Below, piece by piece: positions 1 through 12,800 of a stretch of 64,000 nt of DNA. Within the stretch, counting starts at the first letter, position 1, and each line of letters begins with the position of its first letter. Under the pieces are notes generated by a model. That model was not told the origin of the DNA. It saw only the letters and a program-made list of their open reading frames with translations, and did not search any database. The stretch lies in NCBI RefSeq assembly GCF_033153115.1, contig NW_026889805.1:9796001-9860000 (forward strand), read 5' to 3'. The stretch is from Saccostrea echinata. Lineage: Eukaryota. A program made the translations under genes and the position numbers.

Positions 1-530
1 GTATTGTAATCATGTGTCGGTTTATAGCCAGGCACTTTGACTGCATTGTAATGTTTTATGTATGTCACTTCTGTGAAGGTGTTATAACCCATTTTACACA
101 GATTTTGAAATGATTTTAAAATTTTCAAGTTTTAGCCACTTGTTATAATATTTGTAATCTTAATTTTATGGAAAGAAATTCAGTTTTCATTTGTTTTAAG
201 TGCAGATATACTGTATTTTTTGTCCCGGGTATTTATCAAAATTTGAAATTTAAAAGCAGTCTTTGAATTCCTATGGAACTTTATTTGCTAATGTGGGAAT
301 TTAAGAGTATTAAAACAAACAAAATTTAACTGGTGAATTAGAATAACTTTACAATAAAGAAGTGCTGAGAGCTCCAATGACTTGTTATAACTAGCCTGTG
401 ATTAACTTGACTATTTTTGTTAAACCTTTATGCAAATCATGAATCTTCATCACTTGTGTCATTTGTGCCTTATTTTTATACACCAATAAAATTGTGTATA
501 AGTACATGTCTTAAAGATATTTTTCTTGAA

Positions 531-1150
531 TTTTTAGCTCAATATTTAGAGGAGTATGTGATGGAAGGTGTCTGTCATCTGTTTGTCTGTCTGTAAATTG
601 TATCAATTTCGTACACATGTAGGCTACACAAAGCTTCATAATTCTATTGACCAATTTTTAATTATGATTAATGGTGTTGCCATAACTACTAAAAGTAGAA
701 ATTGTGTGAAATTCTTTCAAAACACTACTCATACAGTTTTGATATGATTTCAATTAAATTGTGTGCACAAGAAAGGACATGCATGTATACCCAATGATAG
801 TACACTATGAATTGATTAACAGTGTTGCCATGGTTACTGAAAAGAAATTTCCTTGAAATTATCTCAGAATGCCTACAATTTTGGTTCTATTTCATTTTCC
901 TTGTTGATGGTTGCTAAAAATATATTTTCTGTGAAATTATCTCAAAACGCTATTTTTCCTACAGCTTTGGTTCAATTTCAATAAACTTGGTACACAGATA
1001 AACTAGACAAAAACACATAATTCTAGTTACCATTTCTGATTTGGGCCAATGATTATGCCATGGTGGTAAATAGTGAAATTCTTTCAAAAGGCTACAGTTT
1101 TGGTCAATTTCACACCAGCAGAGTTACAGTCTTATCAGAAACATCTGGTT
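531..1150. mobile_element. Degenerate Helentron/HINE-like repeat
   Basis: TTTTTAGCTC start, (GTCT)n microsatellite and internal repeats (GTGAAATT..CTCAAAAC..CCTACAG.TTTG). Confidence 0.55.
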
Positions 1151-1534
1151 CAGTGAAATACAATGTACTAAGTACAATGTATAATCTGGTTCATGGCTTT
1201 GAAAGATTTTATGGTTTTTAATAAGTGTGTGAGACCATTTTGGCAAAACTTTTATTGAAAGGACATATAAGTAAATGAAAATTGTATTTTTTTTTTAGTA
1301 ATTTATAATATAGATTTAGTGGTTGGGGGGGGGGGGTGTTAAACAAAGCATTCATTATAAAGGACATGCACATACATGTATTTGAAGTAGATGAAATGTG
1401 CAACAAATATCTTAGCAAATTCATGTTAGTGTAAATCAATGTAATTGATTATAAATTCACTCTTAGTTTCAATTTTAGGGTTGAGTTTAAATTTTCCATT
1501 ATTTTGTGGCAGTGGGCTTAAGAAATTTACTGGA

Positions 1535-1955
1535 CAAATTCACTTGGCGTAAGAACATGCTCTACGTATGAACAATTTCTAAAACGAGGCAAGCTATTGA
1601 CAAACAAGTTGATGAAACAAGGATATCAACAGTGTCTTTTGAAGTCATTTCGCAAGTTTTATGGTGGATACAATGACCTTGTCAGCAAATACAACCTATC
1701 ATGAAGTCAAATGCTGACTGACGTTTTTCATACTAATTGTTAGGCCATTATTTACACACTGAATTGTCTAGGGATTTTTCCGTTTTCCCGATCATGACAA
1801 GGAGCACACGACCGGTCGGCAGGGGATGCTCACTCCACCATGGCAGCTAATCCAACCTCTGAATTTTTCGGAGGTCCGTGTTTGCTCTGCTCCCGATTTG
1901 TATCTTCTAAATGGACTCTGAGCTTGTATTCTGTTTGTTATCTCCATATTTCATT
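1535..1955 (+). mobile_element. Penelope-like element (Naiad-type) 3' fragment
   Basis: RT C-terminus CSTYEQFLKRGKLLTNKLMKQGYQ...KFYGGYNDLVSKY plus the shared 3' UTR. Confidence 0.8.
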
Positions 1956-2084
1956 AGTTCACCATAATTTAACTATTATTTAAATTTTTTATAGTATTGG
2001 TTGGAATTGTTTTACTGCATTTTGGAAACGCATTTATGCACGTCAAGTAAGACAGCAAAATTAAAAGCCCAGATTCTAGTTCTG

Positions 2085-4320
2085 TTTGAGTAGAAAGAGA
2101 TAAGCAATATGTCAAATAAGTTGATGTTACAGGGATTTCAACAACCCCGTATGAAGTCAGCTTTTCGCAGATTCTACGGTCCTTATTATGACCTTATTTG
2201 TAAATACAACCTATCGCTCGGCCGCATTTTGTCTGATACGTTTCATACCATTTGTTAGGTCTTTGCTTTTTTTTTTTTAACTAAATTTGACTACGGAGTA
2301 TTCCGTCTATCTGATCAATACATAGGGCTCCTGGTGGATGCGACTGGTGTAACGAAGAATTTTGACACGGGTTGAAAACTGATCCGGGGGTCATATTTCA
2401 ACGTTGAATATTGAGACCAAGGGTGTTGAATTCAGACCCTAGTCGTTGAAAGTTAAACCCCGCATCGCGGAATTTTGATAATTAAACGGGGTCAAAATTT
2501 AACAGCATAAATACATATATAAAATTATAACAAAAATATAACAATTATGATTTTGGAGTCACAACTTGGGCTTGGTACAGCATTTGTTCGTAAGGACCTT
2601 TATTAAAATTAGGAATCCTGTATAGGTAGGGTAAATCAAATACATTTCCGTTGACTAGAATGTTAAAAGAATGATAGACGAAAGCGTAATTTTGAAGAAA
2701 TTTATCCTTAGAAAGTAAGCTTAGTGTACAATATGGATTTCCAGAAGTAAAATTAAAACCCAAGTTCTTCTAGCAAATCGCTTTCTAGATGTCCTAGCGA
2801 TGTGTAGGTTAATCAAAGCTATGCATTGATATGAATTCTTATGTTTAAGAGATTTATTTTGCAATCAATTGATTAGAATTCAAGTAAATACTGTAAATCT
2901 GGTTATTTTTGTTATACAATTTTGCTGTTCTATTGTCGTATGTACTTTTTATATACAGCTGTACAATCGATGCAGAAAAAAAATCTACCAAATTTTGTCC
3001 CAATTTTGAAAAAAAATTAAACCAATGCAAAACTAACTTTCATAGGCACCGGTATACAGTAAGCTTTATATAATAATAGACTTCTGAAAGGGGGAAGGTG
3101 ATGAAGGGATCCCTTAGATGGTCATTCTAGTAGGTCATCTGTAATAACTTTTGTCAAAGATGACCATGAAATAAGAAGTACCGTACTCCCACTCAGTAAA
3201 GTGTCTAAATTCAAAATTTAGAACATGTCACTGACAATTCTAGGAGTTTATCTTCGATAACGTTTGTCATAGATAACCACGAAATAAGAAATACCGTGTA
3301 CTGAACAACAATAATTATTAACTTACAAATATGTTCACATGCTATTGGTTTGCTGATTTCAATCTGAACTTATTATTCTAGAAGAAATTCAAATTCTGAA
3401 ATTGATAAATGTATTCGTAGATATATGTACACATAAATCGTGTATAACAACTTCCAGGACAAAAAGCTGTAGTTGGAGTCAATATTCAACAGGGTCAATT
3501 TTCAACGCGTTATTGTTTTAAGTGCAGAGAAACAAAATTACCAAGCTGTTGAAAAATGATCCCGGGTATAAATTTCACGACTTTTGGTCTCAATTCTCAA
3601 CGTTGAAAAGCCACCCCTAGTTTAATATTTGAACGTTGGAAATGAACCTTTAGTCAGTTTTCAAACCAGTTCAATATTCTTCGATACATCGGTCGACAGG
3701 GGATGCTTACTCCTCCTAGACACCTGGTCTCACCTCTTGGACTTCCAGGGGTCTGTGTTTTGCTCTGTTCTAGATTCGTTTTGTTTAATGGATTTGTGAG
3801 ATTGATCACTGTTCATTATCTGCACCCTTTACATTACTAATGGAAAAGTTGAAGATAACGAACAGAAATTGACCTTATTAAATCCTTAATACAAATTGTG
3901 AACTGGACAAAAACACAGACCCCTGGGAACATCGGGATATTGGATCAGGTGCCTAGGAGGAGTAAACATGTGTCACACACACCGTGAGCCCTCTTTATTT
4001 ATCAGGTAAACGGAGTCATCCGTTTTATAAATCAATATAATAATAAAAGCCTTAAAACACAACTTTAGGTTGTATTTGGACACGAGGTCATTATAATGAC
4101 TATAGAGTTAGGGAAGTTCTAATTTTACGAAATTGTTGAGAGCACAGTAACATCAATTTATTTGCCATTACCTAAAATTGATCGTATTCAGAACATGTCT
4201 TCCGTAGACATAAACACCATACGCAGGTAATAGTATAATCTTACAAAATAAACTAGGGAGGTTGACGATAGAAAACTGAGTCATCACGTCTGTCAATTAG
4301 GCTCCTACATTGTAATCATT
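2085..4320. mobile_element. Penelope-like 3' fragments: a + copy (2085-2347 + 3689-3830) followed by an inverted copy (~3845-4320)
   Basis: Same RT tail and 3' UTR family in a tail-to-tail arrangement. Confidence 0.7.
2348..3688. mobile_element. Non-autonomous DNA transposon with TGT...ACA termini (Ginger1-like) inserted in a Penelope-like 3' UTR
   Basis: Degenerate TIRs longer than 70 bp (TGTAACGAAGAATTTTGA.. / ..TCAATATTCTTCGATACA). The flanks CTGG/TCGG correspond to the single CCGG in uninterrupted copies (GTGACCGGTCG). Confidence 0.75.
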
Positions 4321-5039
4321 TTCTAAGAAAACGCACGAGAACGTCAATCCCTTGTGTAACCTGCTACAGTTCATGCATGCAAAAAAGCACTCTACTGCAA
4401 CCAAATAGGATGTGTCCGAGTGATACTTAGTGTTTACTCCCGGGTTTCTGAAAGAATTTTGTATTCAATCATATTTATTATTGTAAATAAAAAATCCAAA
4501 ATTAACAGCATACAGCCTATAGTTTAAAGAATCGAGCGATTCTGTATTCAGTTAGAAGGAGTGATTGCAGAACTTCTGAACTGCCGAAATTACCTATGAA
4601 ATACTTTTAATTTTTTGCTTTATGATTACATGTCAGTTTTGCTCAATCTATGGTTCACCTTAATTAATACTTTATTGGTAGAGAGGTCTAGGGTGTCAAT
4701 TCTCAATTTGTTATGTGGTTTCCCAGAAATACGACAAGAGCGTTGTTATATTGTGCCAGAGAGATTCTTGTAAACATTTACTAATCAATTTAAATTTAAA
4801 AAAAAATGTACATGGTTTTTCAAAGAGAACATCATCTTTGTTTGTAAGGCCCATTTTTCTAACAGTGTTTTAGAGGAGAGGGATTTAATTTAACAATTGG
4901 TAATCCAACTTATACCCTTAGCTCTCTTTCTAAGGAGGGAATTCTTCAAAATTATATGTCAGTTTTAAAAATGTTTAAAATTTCCAAAAATCAAGTTGAA
5001 TTCTTGAATTACCACACTGGATTCCTAGACTACATAAAA

Positions 5040-6125
5040 ATCCTTACAAACAAAGATACATAGCGGGTTCCAGTAAATGTTCTACCAAGCCTCTTACTTT
5101 ACAGCGGTGAAGGAGAAACTTCAGGAGTACTATACTATTCGAGAAGTGATGTAAATCAGATGTGGATACTTAAAAAAAAACTCAAAGGAACTTTGAGAAA
5201 ATTTGAAATCACAAAATTTCACCGAAGTTGATATTAAAAAGATGGTTGAGTTTCTGATTGACAATATCTACGGAGTTTTTGAAGATCAAGTCTTCCAACA
5301 ATATGTCGGAATTCTCATGAGTAATTGCGCCCCTTTATTAGCAGACCCATTTTTATATTTATATAAAGCTAAATTCATTTAAAAACATCTACATGAGAAG
5401 AAGACAACATTTGTTGTTGCATTCATCTCGACATTAAGATATATCGAAGGCGTATTATCAATTGACAATAGTTGCTTTCATTCAGATGTCGACTATATGT
5501 ATCCCAGTGAACTTGAAATAAAGGAAACGACAGAGTCTGACACATCTGTTTCATATTTGGATATTTTACTAGAGAAAGATGTTATTGGTAACGCAACAAG
5601 AATACTTTATTATGCCTTCAACTTTTCTATCGTCAACTTCCCTTATTTATATAGCAATATACCCTTATCACCTGCAAATGGAGTTGACGTCTCCAAGTTG
5701 ATTCGATACGCAAGAGCATTCTCTACGTATGAACAATTTCTAAAACGAGGCAAGCTATTGACAAACAAGTTGATGAAGCAAGGATATCAACAGTCTCGTT
5801 TGAAGTCAATTTCGCAACTTCTATTGTCGATAGAATGACATTGTCAGCAAAACAATGTAAGTCGAATACTGACTGACGATTTCATACTAATTGTTAAGTC
5901 ATTATTTACACATTGAATTGTCGACGGACTTTCCCGTTTGCTCGATCATGACAAGAAGCACACGGCGAGTGTGACCGGTCGACATGGGATACTTACTCCC
6001 CCATGACACCTGATCTGATCCTACCTCTGATGTTTTAGAGGTCGATCCGTGTTTGCTCTGCTCCCAATTTTTATTGTTTCGATGGACTTTTGAGCTTGAT
6101 TATTGTTCGTTATATCCATATTTCA
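5040..6125 (+). mobile_element. Penelope-like element (Naiad-type), degenerate RT + 3' UTR
   Basis: Remnants FLIDNIY..F..QVFQQ.VGI.M..NCAPLLAD, RYIE(D)G, ELEIKETTESDTSVSYLDILL and SKLIRYARA; many frameshifts. Confidence 0.85.
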
Positions 6126-7304
6126 CAGTAATTTTGAAATATTCTTTTCTTAGATTTTCGGAAATTGTAGTTACTCTGTAGCCTTTGGAGATTTCAAAAA
6201 AGCTATTCGTTTATATTCGTTTATGATACAAGATGCTTACTAGTTTTCTTCGAATCACGTTTCAGTTTTAAAATACTTTTAACATTTCCACTCAACGGAT
6301 ATGAAATTGATTAATATACCAATACTGGATTCCAAAGTTTTATGAAAAATATCCTTACAAAGATAACTGCATGGTCTTTTGAATGCTCTACCAAGCTGAC
6401 TGCAGTGTAGGTGAAACTTCAGACGCACTATACATGTCCTACTGTATTCTAAATATATTGTGGATTCATTAGAACTCAAACGAACGTTTAGAAAATTTAT
6501 AATCACCATTTTATCAGCATAGATTACATCAAGAAGTAGAACTTCTCAACATTATGCAACCATCCTCACGGAAGGAAAAAAAAGGGGGGGGGGGTGGGTA
6601 TTTGGATATAAAGATAACTGCCTCTTCAGTAAAAAGTCGGAAATTTCCATATCTCCGCAAAAATAACTTTGTTAAAAACAGCAGTTAACCATATTTAATA
6701 TATAAGCATCCAACATTGGGTGAAAACTTAACTTAAGGCTAGGGCGGAATCTCATTAAAGGGGTTCAAAGCTTTACACTGGAAAAACATTTTCTATGATC
6801 ATTTTCTTAAAGTCATGTATTTTAAATATGGAAATACACTGTATATACATATTTTTCCTATGACAAGACATGAAAAATCAAAATTAAAAACATGAACAGG
6901 TGACTATTTTGATAACATGTACCATCTTATGTGTTTTTTCTTCAATAAAACTCTAAATCAAGATGAAGTCAGTTCTACATGATTCTTGGACCAGTGTAAA
7001 GACGAATAAAGACCCCTTAGAAAATGATTTTTTTTGTAGGTGACAGTTTTCTACTTGTGCAACTTATAAGAAAATAATCTCCGTTAAAATATGACCCCAT
7101 CCAAGCAATGTGATACAAAGTTTAAAAGAGGTGATTGATGCCAAGGTTTGGGTCTCAATGTTTGATTTCTTGCATTTTTCTGACGAACACTGGACGAACG
7201 ACCAATTCAAATGTATTATAACAGCAATATTTATATATGTTTCTATCTATTAGACCTATTGTGTTCTCAGCACACAATAAAAATTTCACAATAGATACTT
7301 AACA

Positions 7305-8095
7305 GTGGCTATTGGTTACGGGGTATATATCTCTCAGTTGATTCGATACGCAAGAGCATGCTCTACGTATGTACAATTTCTAAAACGAGGTAAATTATTG
7401 ACAAATAAGTTGATGAAACAAGAATATCAGCTGTCTCGTTTAAAGTCATCATTTCGTAAGTTCTTTGGTCGATACAATGACCTTGTCAGCAAATACAATT
7501 TATCGTTTTTCATACTAATTGTTAGGCCATTATTTACACACTGAATTGTCGACGGATTTTTCCGTTATTTCCCGATCATGACAAGGAACACACGGCGGGT
7601 GTGACCGGTCGGCAGGGGATGCTCACTCCTCCATGGCACCTGATCCCACCTCTGATGTTTGGAGGTCCGTGTTTGCTCTGCTCCTATTTTGTATTGTATA
7701 ATGGACTTTTGAGCTTGAATACTGTTCGTTATCTCCATATATTTCATTAAAACTGTTATCTTAATATTTCCTTATCATCTGTTTCATATTTGGGTATTTT
7801 ACTGATTATAGACGTTTATGCCCGACTAACAAATAAACTACAAATGTATCTATGGCAAACGGAATGACTTTTGAATCGTCTATTCCATCGGCAACTTACA
7901 AGTATTTATCTATTAATATTCCACTATCGCCTGCATGTGGTGTTCATGTCTCCCAACTTATTAAGAACACCAGAGCATGCTCCAAGTACGATCAACTTTA
8001 AAACAGAGACAGGATACTGTCAAATAAATTGATGTTACAGGGTTTCCAACAGTCTCATTTGAAATCAGCATATTGAAAATTCCTGGGTCACTTGT
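7305..8095 (+). mobile_element. Penelope-like tandem fragments (7305-7745 with 3' UTR; older copy 7770-8095)
   Basis: YGVYISQLIRYARACSTY...KFFGRYNDLVSKY followed by the 3' UTR, then a second degenerate RT tail. Confidence 0.8.
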
Positions 8096-8265
8096 AGCAA
8101 ATACATTTTTTTTTTTAATTTGTAAGGATATATATTTTGTAATTTTAGAAAATTGTTTACTCTAACAAATTTGCCAAGATCTTCGAATACATGTTTCAAA
8201 ATTTATAAATACGAAACAAAAATTTATATAAGGCAATTGTACGGTGCCATTGAAGCCCAGAAAAA

Positions 8266-8400
8266 NNNNNNNNNNNNNNNNNNNNNNNNNNNNNNNNNNN
8301 NNNNNNNNNNNNNNNNNNNNNNNNNNNNNNNNNNNNNNNNNNNNNNNNNNNNNNNNNNNNNNNNNNNNNNNNNNNNNNNNNNNNNNNNNNNNNNNNNNNN
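8266..8400. other. Assembly gap
   Basis: N run. Confidence 1.
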
Positions 8401-9455
8401 TTGTTCTTCGCTCAGACGAACAAGATATCTGTGTGGACAAATAAGTTCTTCCTTCGGACGAATTAAATACACTTGAAAATTATTTTAATATTTTTGATCG
8501 CAATTATTCAAACATTCTCATTGTACTCTCACACAAGTACTCTGATGTTGATATTAAAAAGATGCTTGAGTTTCTGATTGACAATATCTATGTGGTTTTT
8601 GGAAACCAGGTCTTCCAACAATCTGTTGGAATTCCCATGGGTACCAAATGAGCCCCGTTGTAAGCAGACCTATTTTTGTATTCATATGAAGCAGAATTTA
8701 TTCAAAATCTCACACATTAAAATAAGAAATTTCTTGCCGTGGCCTTCAACTCGACATTTATAAATATCGACGACGTATTATCAATTAACAATAGTTATTT
8801 CCATTTATATGTCGACACCATATATTCCAGTGAGCTTGAAATAAAAGATACCACAGTGTCTGACACATCTGTTTCATATTTGGATATTTTACTAGAAAAA
8901 GACATTAATGGTTATCTAACAGCCAAGCTTTATGATAAACATGATGACTTTCACTTTTTAATCGTCAACTTCCCTTACTTATGCAGCGATATACCCTTAC
9001 CACCTGCATATGGGGTGTATATCTCTCAGTTGATTCGATATGCAATAGCTCTACGTATACACAATTTCTAAAACGTGGTAAGTTATTGGCAAACAAGTTG
9101 ACGAAACAAGAATATCAACAGTCTCGTTTAAAGTCATCATTTCGTAAGTTCTTTGGTCGATACAATGACCTTGTCAGCAAATACAATCTATCAAGTCAAA
9201 TGCTGACTGACGTTTTTCATACTAATTGTTAGGCCATTATTTACACACTGAATTGTCGACGGATTTTTCCGTTAATTCCCGATCATGACAAGGAGCACAC
9301 GGCGGCTGTGACATGTCGGCAGGGGATGCTCACTCCTCCATGGCACCTGATCCCACCTCTGATGTTTTTGGAGGTCCGTGTTTGCGCTCCTCCCGACTTG
9401 TATTGTTTTTATGGACTTTGAGCTTGAATACTGTTCGTTATCTCCATATTTCATC
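8401..9455 (+). mobile_element. Penelope-like element (Naiad-type) RT 3' half + 3' UTR
   Basis: QQSVGIPMGT, IDDVLSINN, SYLDILLE, LYDKHDDF and YGVYISQLIRYA; frameshifted; abuts the N gap. Confidence 0.85.
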
Positions 9456-9765
9456 ACGCTAACTTTGACTCACTCGAGGAAGCTTGTTGATGAAACACAA
9501 ATTGAAGTGAATATATTTTGGCATTTTCCTTTATTCTGTTATATGAGTCAACATTTTTGAAGATGATTTACCATTTCTCTGCTTTTTAAAAACAGTTATT
9601 TTTCGAATTCATTTTCTCTGTAAATTTATACTTGCGATACATTGCATGGGGTCTTAACTTATCATCCAAAAAACACAATTTTACCACTTGTATGAGGAAT
9701 TATCACTCGTTGTCATTTTACGCACAGTTTTTTGCTAGCTGGTCTTATGAAAAAAATCTTATTCC

Positions 9766-9771
9766 TTTATT
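9766..9771 (-). promoter_or_regulatory. Candidate polyadenylation signal (AATAAA) of the peroxidase gene
   Basis: tttatt on the + strand, ~75 nt downstream of the minus-strand stop at 9844. Confidence 0.4.
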
Positions 9772-9843
9772 TATAACAAATTAAAAACAATTGGGAAAGT
9801 GATTTTTAGTATTAACTGTTATAGTCCTTGCAAGCGAAATACC

Positions 9844-12800
9844 CTAAGACAAATTTCTCCATGGTGACCAGATCGGATGTGTTAGGTTGTTACATTTCAC
9901 TCTTGGGTTTCTGGGGGGAAAAAAACAAGAGTCAATGCAAGAATACTATTCCTTTCCACTTAACAGATAAGCACACTTAAACAATCTAGAAAATTCAATA
10001 AGTACTGTTATTTCTTGTATATTAGAATCCACGTTTGTGCGTATGTTATGAGATGACTTTGGTATCACTAGTATTTTACTGTAATGAACAGAAAAATATA
10101 TTGTTTACTGACTTTACTCACGTATTACTCATTACGAGAAATGCATGACGGGTAATCTCATCCACCTCAATAGTTTGACAAATGATGGAAGACAGTGTGA
10201 CCTTTTTTATTTCCGTCAGCTGATCTAAAATGTTGGAGAGAGATAATCAAGAAATATAAAAAGATGCGTTAGATAGAGTTTATATCATAATGTTTTTAAA
10301 TCTGATAGGTCAAGTCTTTAATACTGTCAGATATTGGGACGTTAATATTATTAAAACTGTTCCTGTTTTCAGTTAAAACAGATGTTAGCATTACTAGTAC
10401 TCAGTAGTTAGGTATGAAGAGGGTGGATTGAATTCACTGAATAAAATACTTATCTGAATATGATAGCGATAAAGAATTTAAATGACATCGTACTTCTTGG
10501 TTATATGGATATATATCAAGAAAATTTATGCCCTGCTTTAAGATATTTTGAATGATATATTTTCCAATCTAAAGTCCAAAAAGCATTTTTATACATAATT
10601 GCGGAAATTAATGTTTCAAGTCTTCATAAGACGACAAGAATTATACACAGAACAACTGCATCTCTCGGGATTTCATTTTAACTAACCTTCAGTAAACCCT
10701 GTATAGCCATCGTTCTCGTACCAGAACCTGTCTCCTTTCTTGTACAGAATGAACTGCTTTGCTATCAGACAAGCAAATGTCGGCCCCACCACTCCACCTT
10801 TCACGTGCTTCTCAGTCATAGCACCGGCAAAGAGGTCTACATTTTCTAAATTCCTAACATTCAAATACTGAATGAAATTATCAAAATTTTAGAAGACTGT
10901 AATTATGTAAATAAAATTTAATCTTTAATTAGATTTTGATTGATAATTTTTATGATAAGAGTTTTCTTTCTTTCTTTTTTTTCTTTAAGAAATTTATGCA
11001 AAAAGTTCTTAAGGTGAATAAGTTCAGTAAAGTACAGGAACTTTTGTGATATTTTCAGAAACATGACATGTGATAATTTTGTACTTTTTATTAATTTTGT
11101 CATGTTTAAAAAGAAGAGCCTAAAAGAAAACTATAATATAACACTATTACGAAAAACTTGTTTTAACTTATTAAAATCATAGAGTTAAGGCCTAAAAATT
11201 ATTAAATGCTAAGAAACGGTTAAAAGAATCAGAAAAAGAAAATTTCGTCAAGGGGCAAAAATGTGAATAGGATATGAACACACTTGTATAATCTAAGTGG
11301 TCATGCTAGTACGTTAAGCAACAGGATTTTACAATAAAAATGTCCTTATTTGTTTAAAACAATTTTTAAAGTTAGACCATCAATTTGTAATTGATGTACT
11401 TTGTTAGCAAAAACAAACCTATAAATGTTTTGAAGTTTGAGTTCGTCAGCAGTATTGTGATCTGAGAATGTTTTGTGATTCAATCCACAGAATTTCCTCC
11501 ATTTCCAGTATGGTGGTATCCCATGATCCCTTCCACGCTGCAAATTGATGGCGGGAAGATCCAAACTCCTACCGGCCGAGTCCATGAAAAGCTTGTCTCT
11601 AACGCCACTCTCGAATACTCTTGAAAAACCCAAAAGTTTTTATAGGCATGAAGAGATAAATTTAGATTAGCAATTTTTTCTGTGACTATTCTCTTACCCG
11701 TCTGTTTTTGCAGTACCCTCTGCAAGCTGCCATCTTAAAACACCGTCACTTCCTTTTCCTTCCTTTTCGACACACATATGTGGGTGATGATAGGTGTCTT
11801 CAATATTCTTGCTCACAACTCGAGAGTACGTTTTACTAAACTGCTTTTGATGGTTTGTAACCTGAGAATGACCGAAACGGAAGGCCGCAACACCAAAACT
11901 ATTTCTAGTAGATGCATCAACCTTCTCGTCATAAACCGTGTCATGGCCATTGGATTTAGGGAGGAGTTTGTATTGCTCCATAATGTCATGCCCTAATACA
12001 AGCGGCAGATACTCACTGTAAACCACATGTTGTGTGATAGCACTCACTATAGCACGAGTTTCTTGATAAAGTATTTCGTCATTCCACAAAGGATTGATAG
12101 CAGCCAATTGCTTTGCAATGTAATTGTGATATCTAACAAACAGAAGGTGCATCGAACCAAGATTTGGTACAACATTTACCCGAACATCTCCTAAAATGAA
12201 ATGCGCAATATTACAGGTAAATCATAGAATACAATCAAAACGCACATTTCTCCTATGTTTACTTTAACACACCATTAGTGTCTTTACCTGCATTTGGACA
12301 ATATTCATGTGTAGTATCATCATAAACACATTTGCTTGTGCCACCATCTGGCAAGCCGGCGTTCCTCTGACGCATTGTACCTAAAACAATATTTATCAGT
12401 ATAATCCAGAATATATTACTAGTATCCAGAAATATCACACGACATTGTTTTTTTACTCTCATTAAAAAACTATGTATTTATATTCAGTATTGTATGATAG
12501 GGTTGAAGACAAGCAAAGTAGTTCTCAAAAGTCAGAAACTGGGGTAGACGACAATGGATTCTTGGAGGTAAAAAGAGTGACCTTTAGAAAAGATTATAGA
12601 CCTAAAACTGTCCATTCTGTGAGAAGAAAGAACTATTGGAGGGCCGTTTGGTCCGATGCACACGGCATGACTTGCCTTCAAGTCTTAAAACTTAAATTTC
12701 TGAAAGGCTGTGTACACCTAATAAGGCGAGCCTTACAAGATTATAACCAACATTACCATAAATTCCACGTGTTTTTATTATTGAGTTCTCAAAGTGGAAA

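Noticed and set aside
1-510. Possible 3' UTR of an upstream gene (AATAAA at ~485)
   Set aside because: No coding evidence in the window; AATAAA is common in AT-rich DNA
8153-8476. ORFs spanning N runs (also 43761-44164)
   Set aside because: Artefacts of assembly gaps
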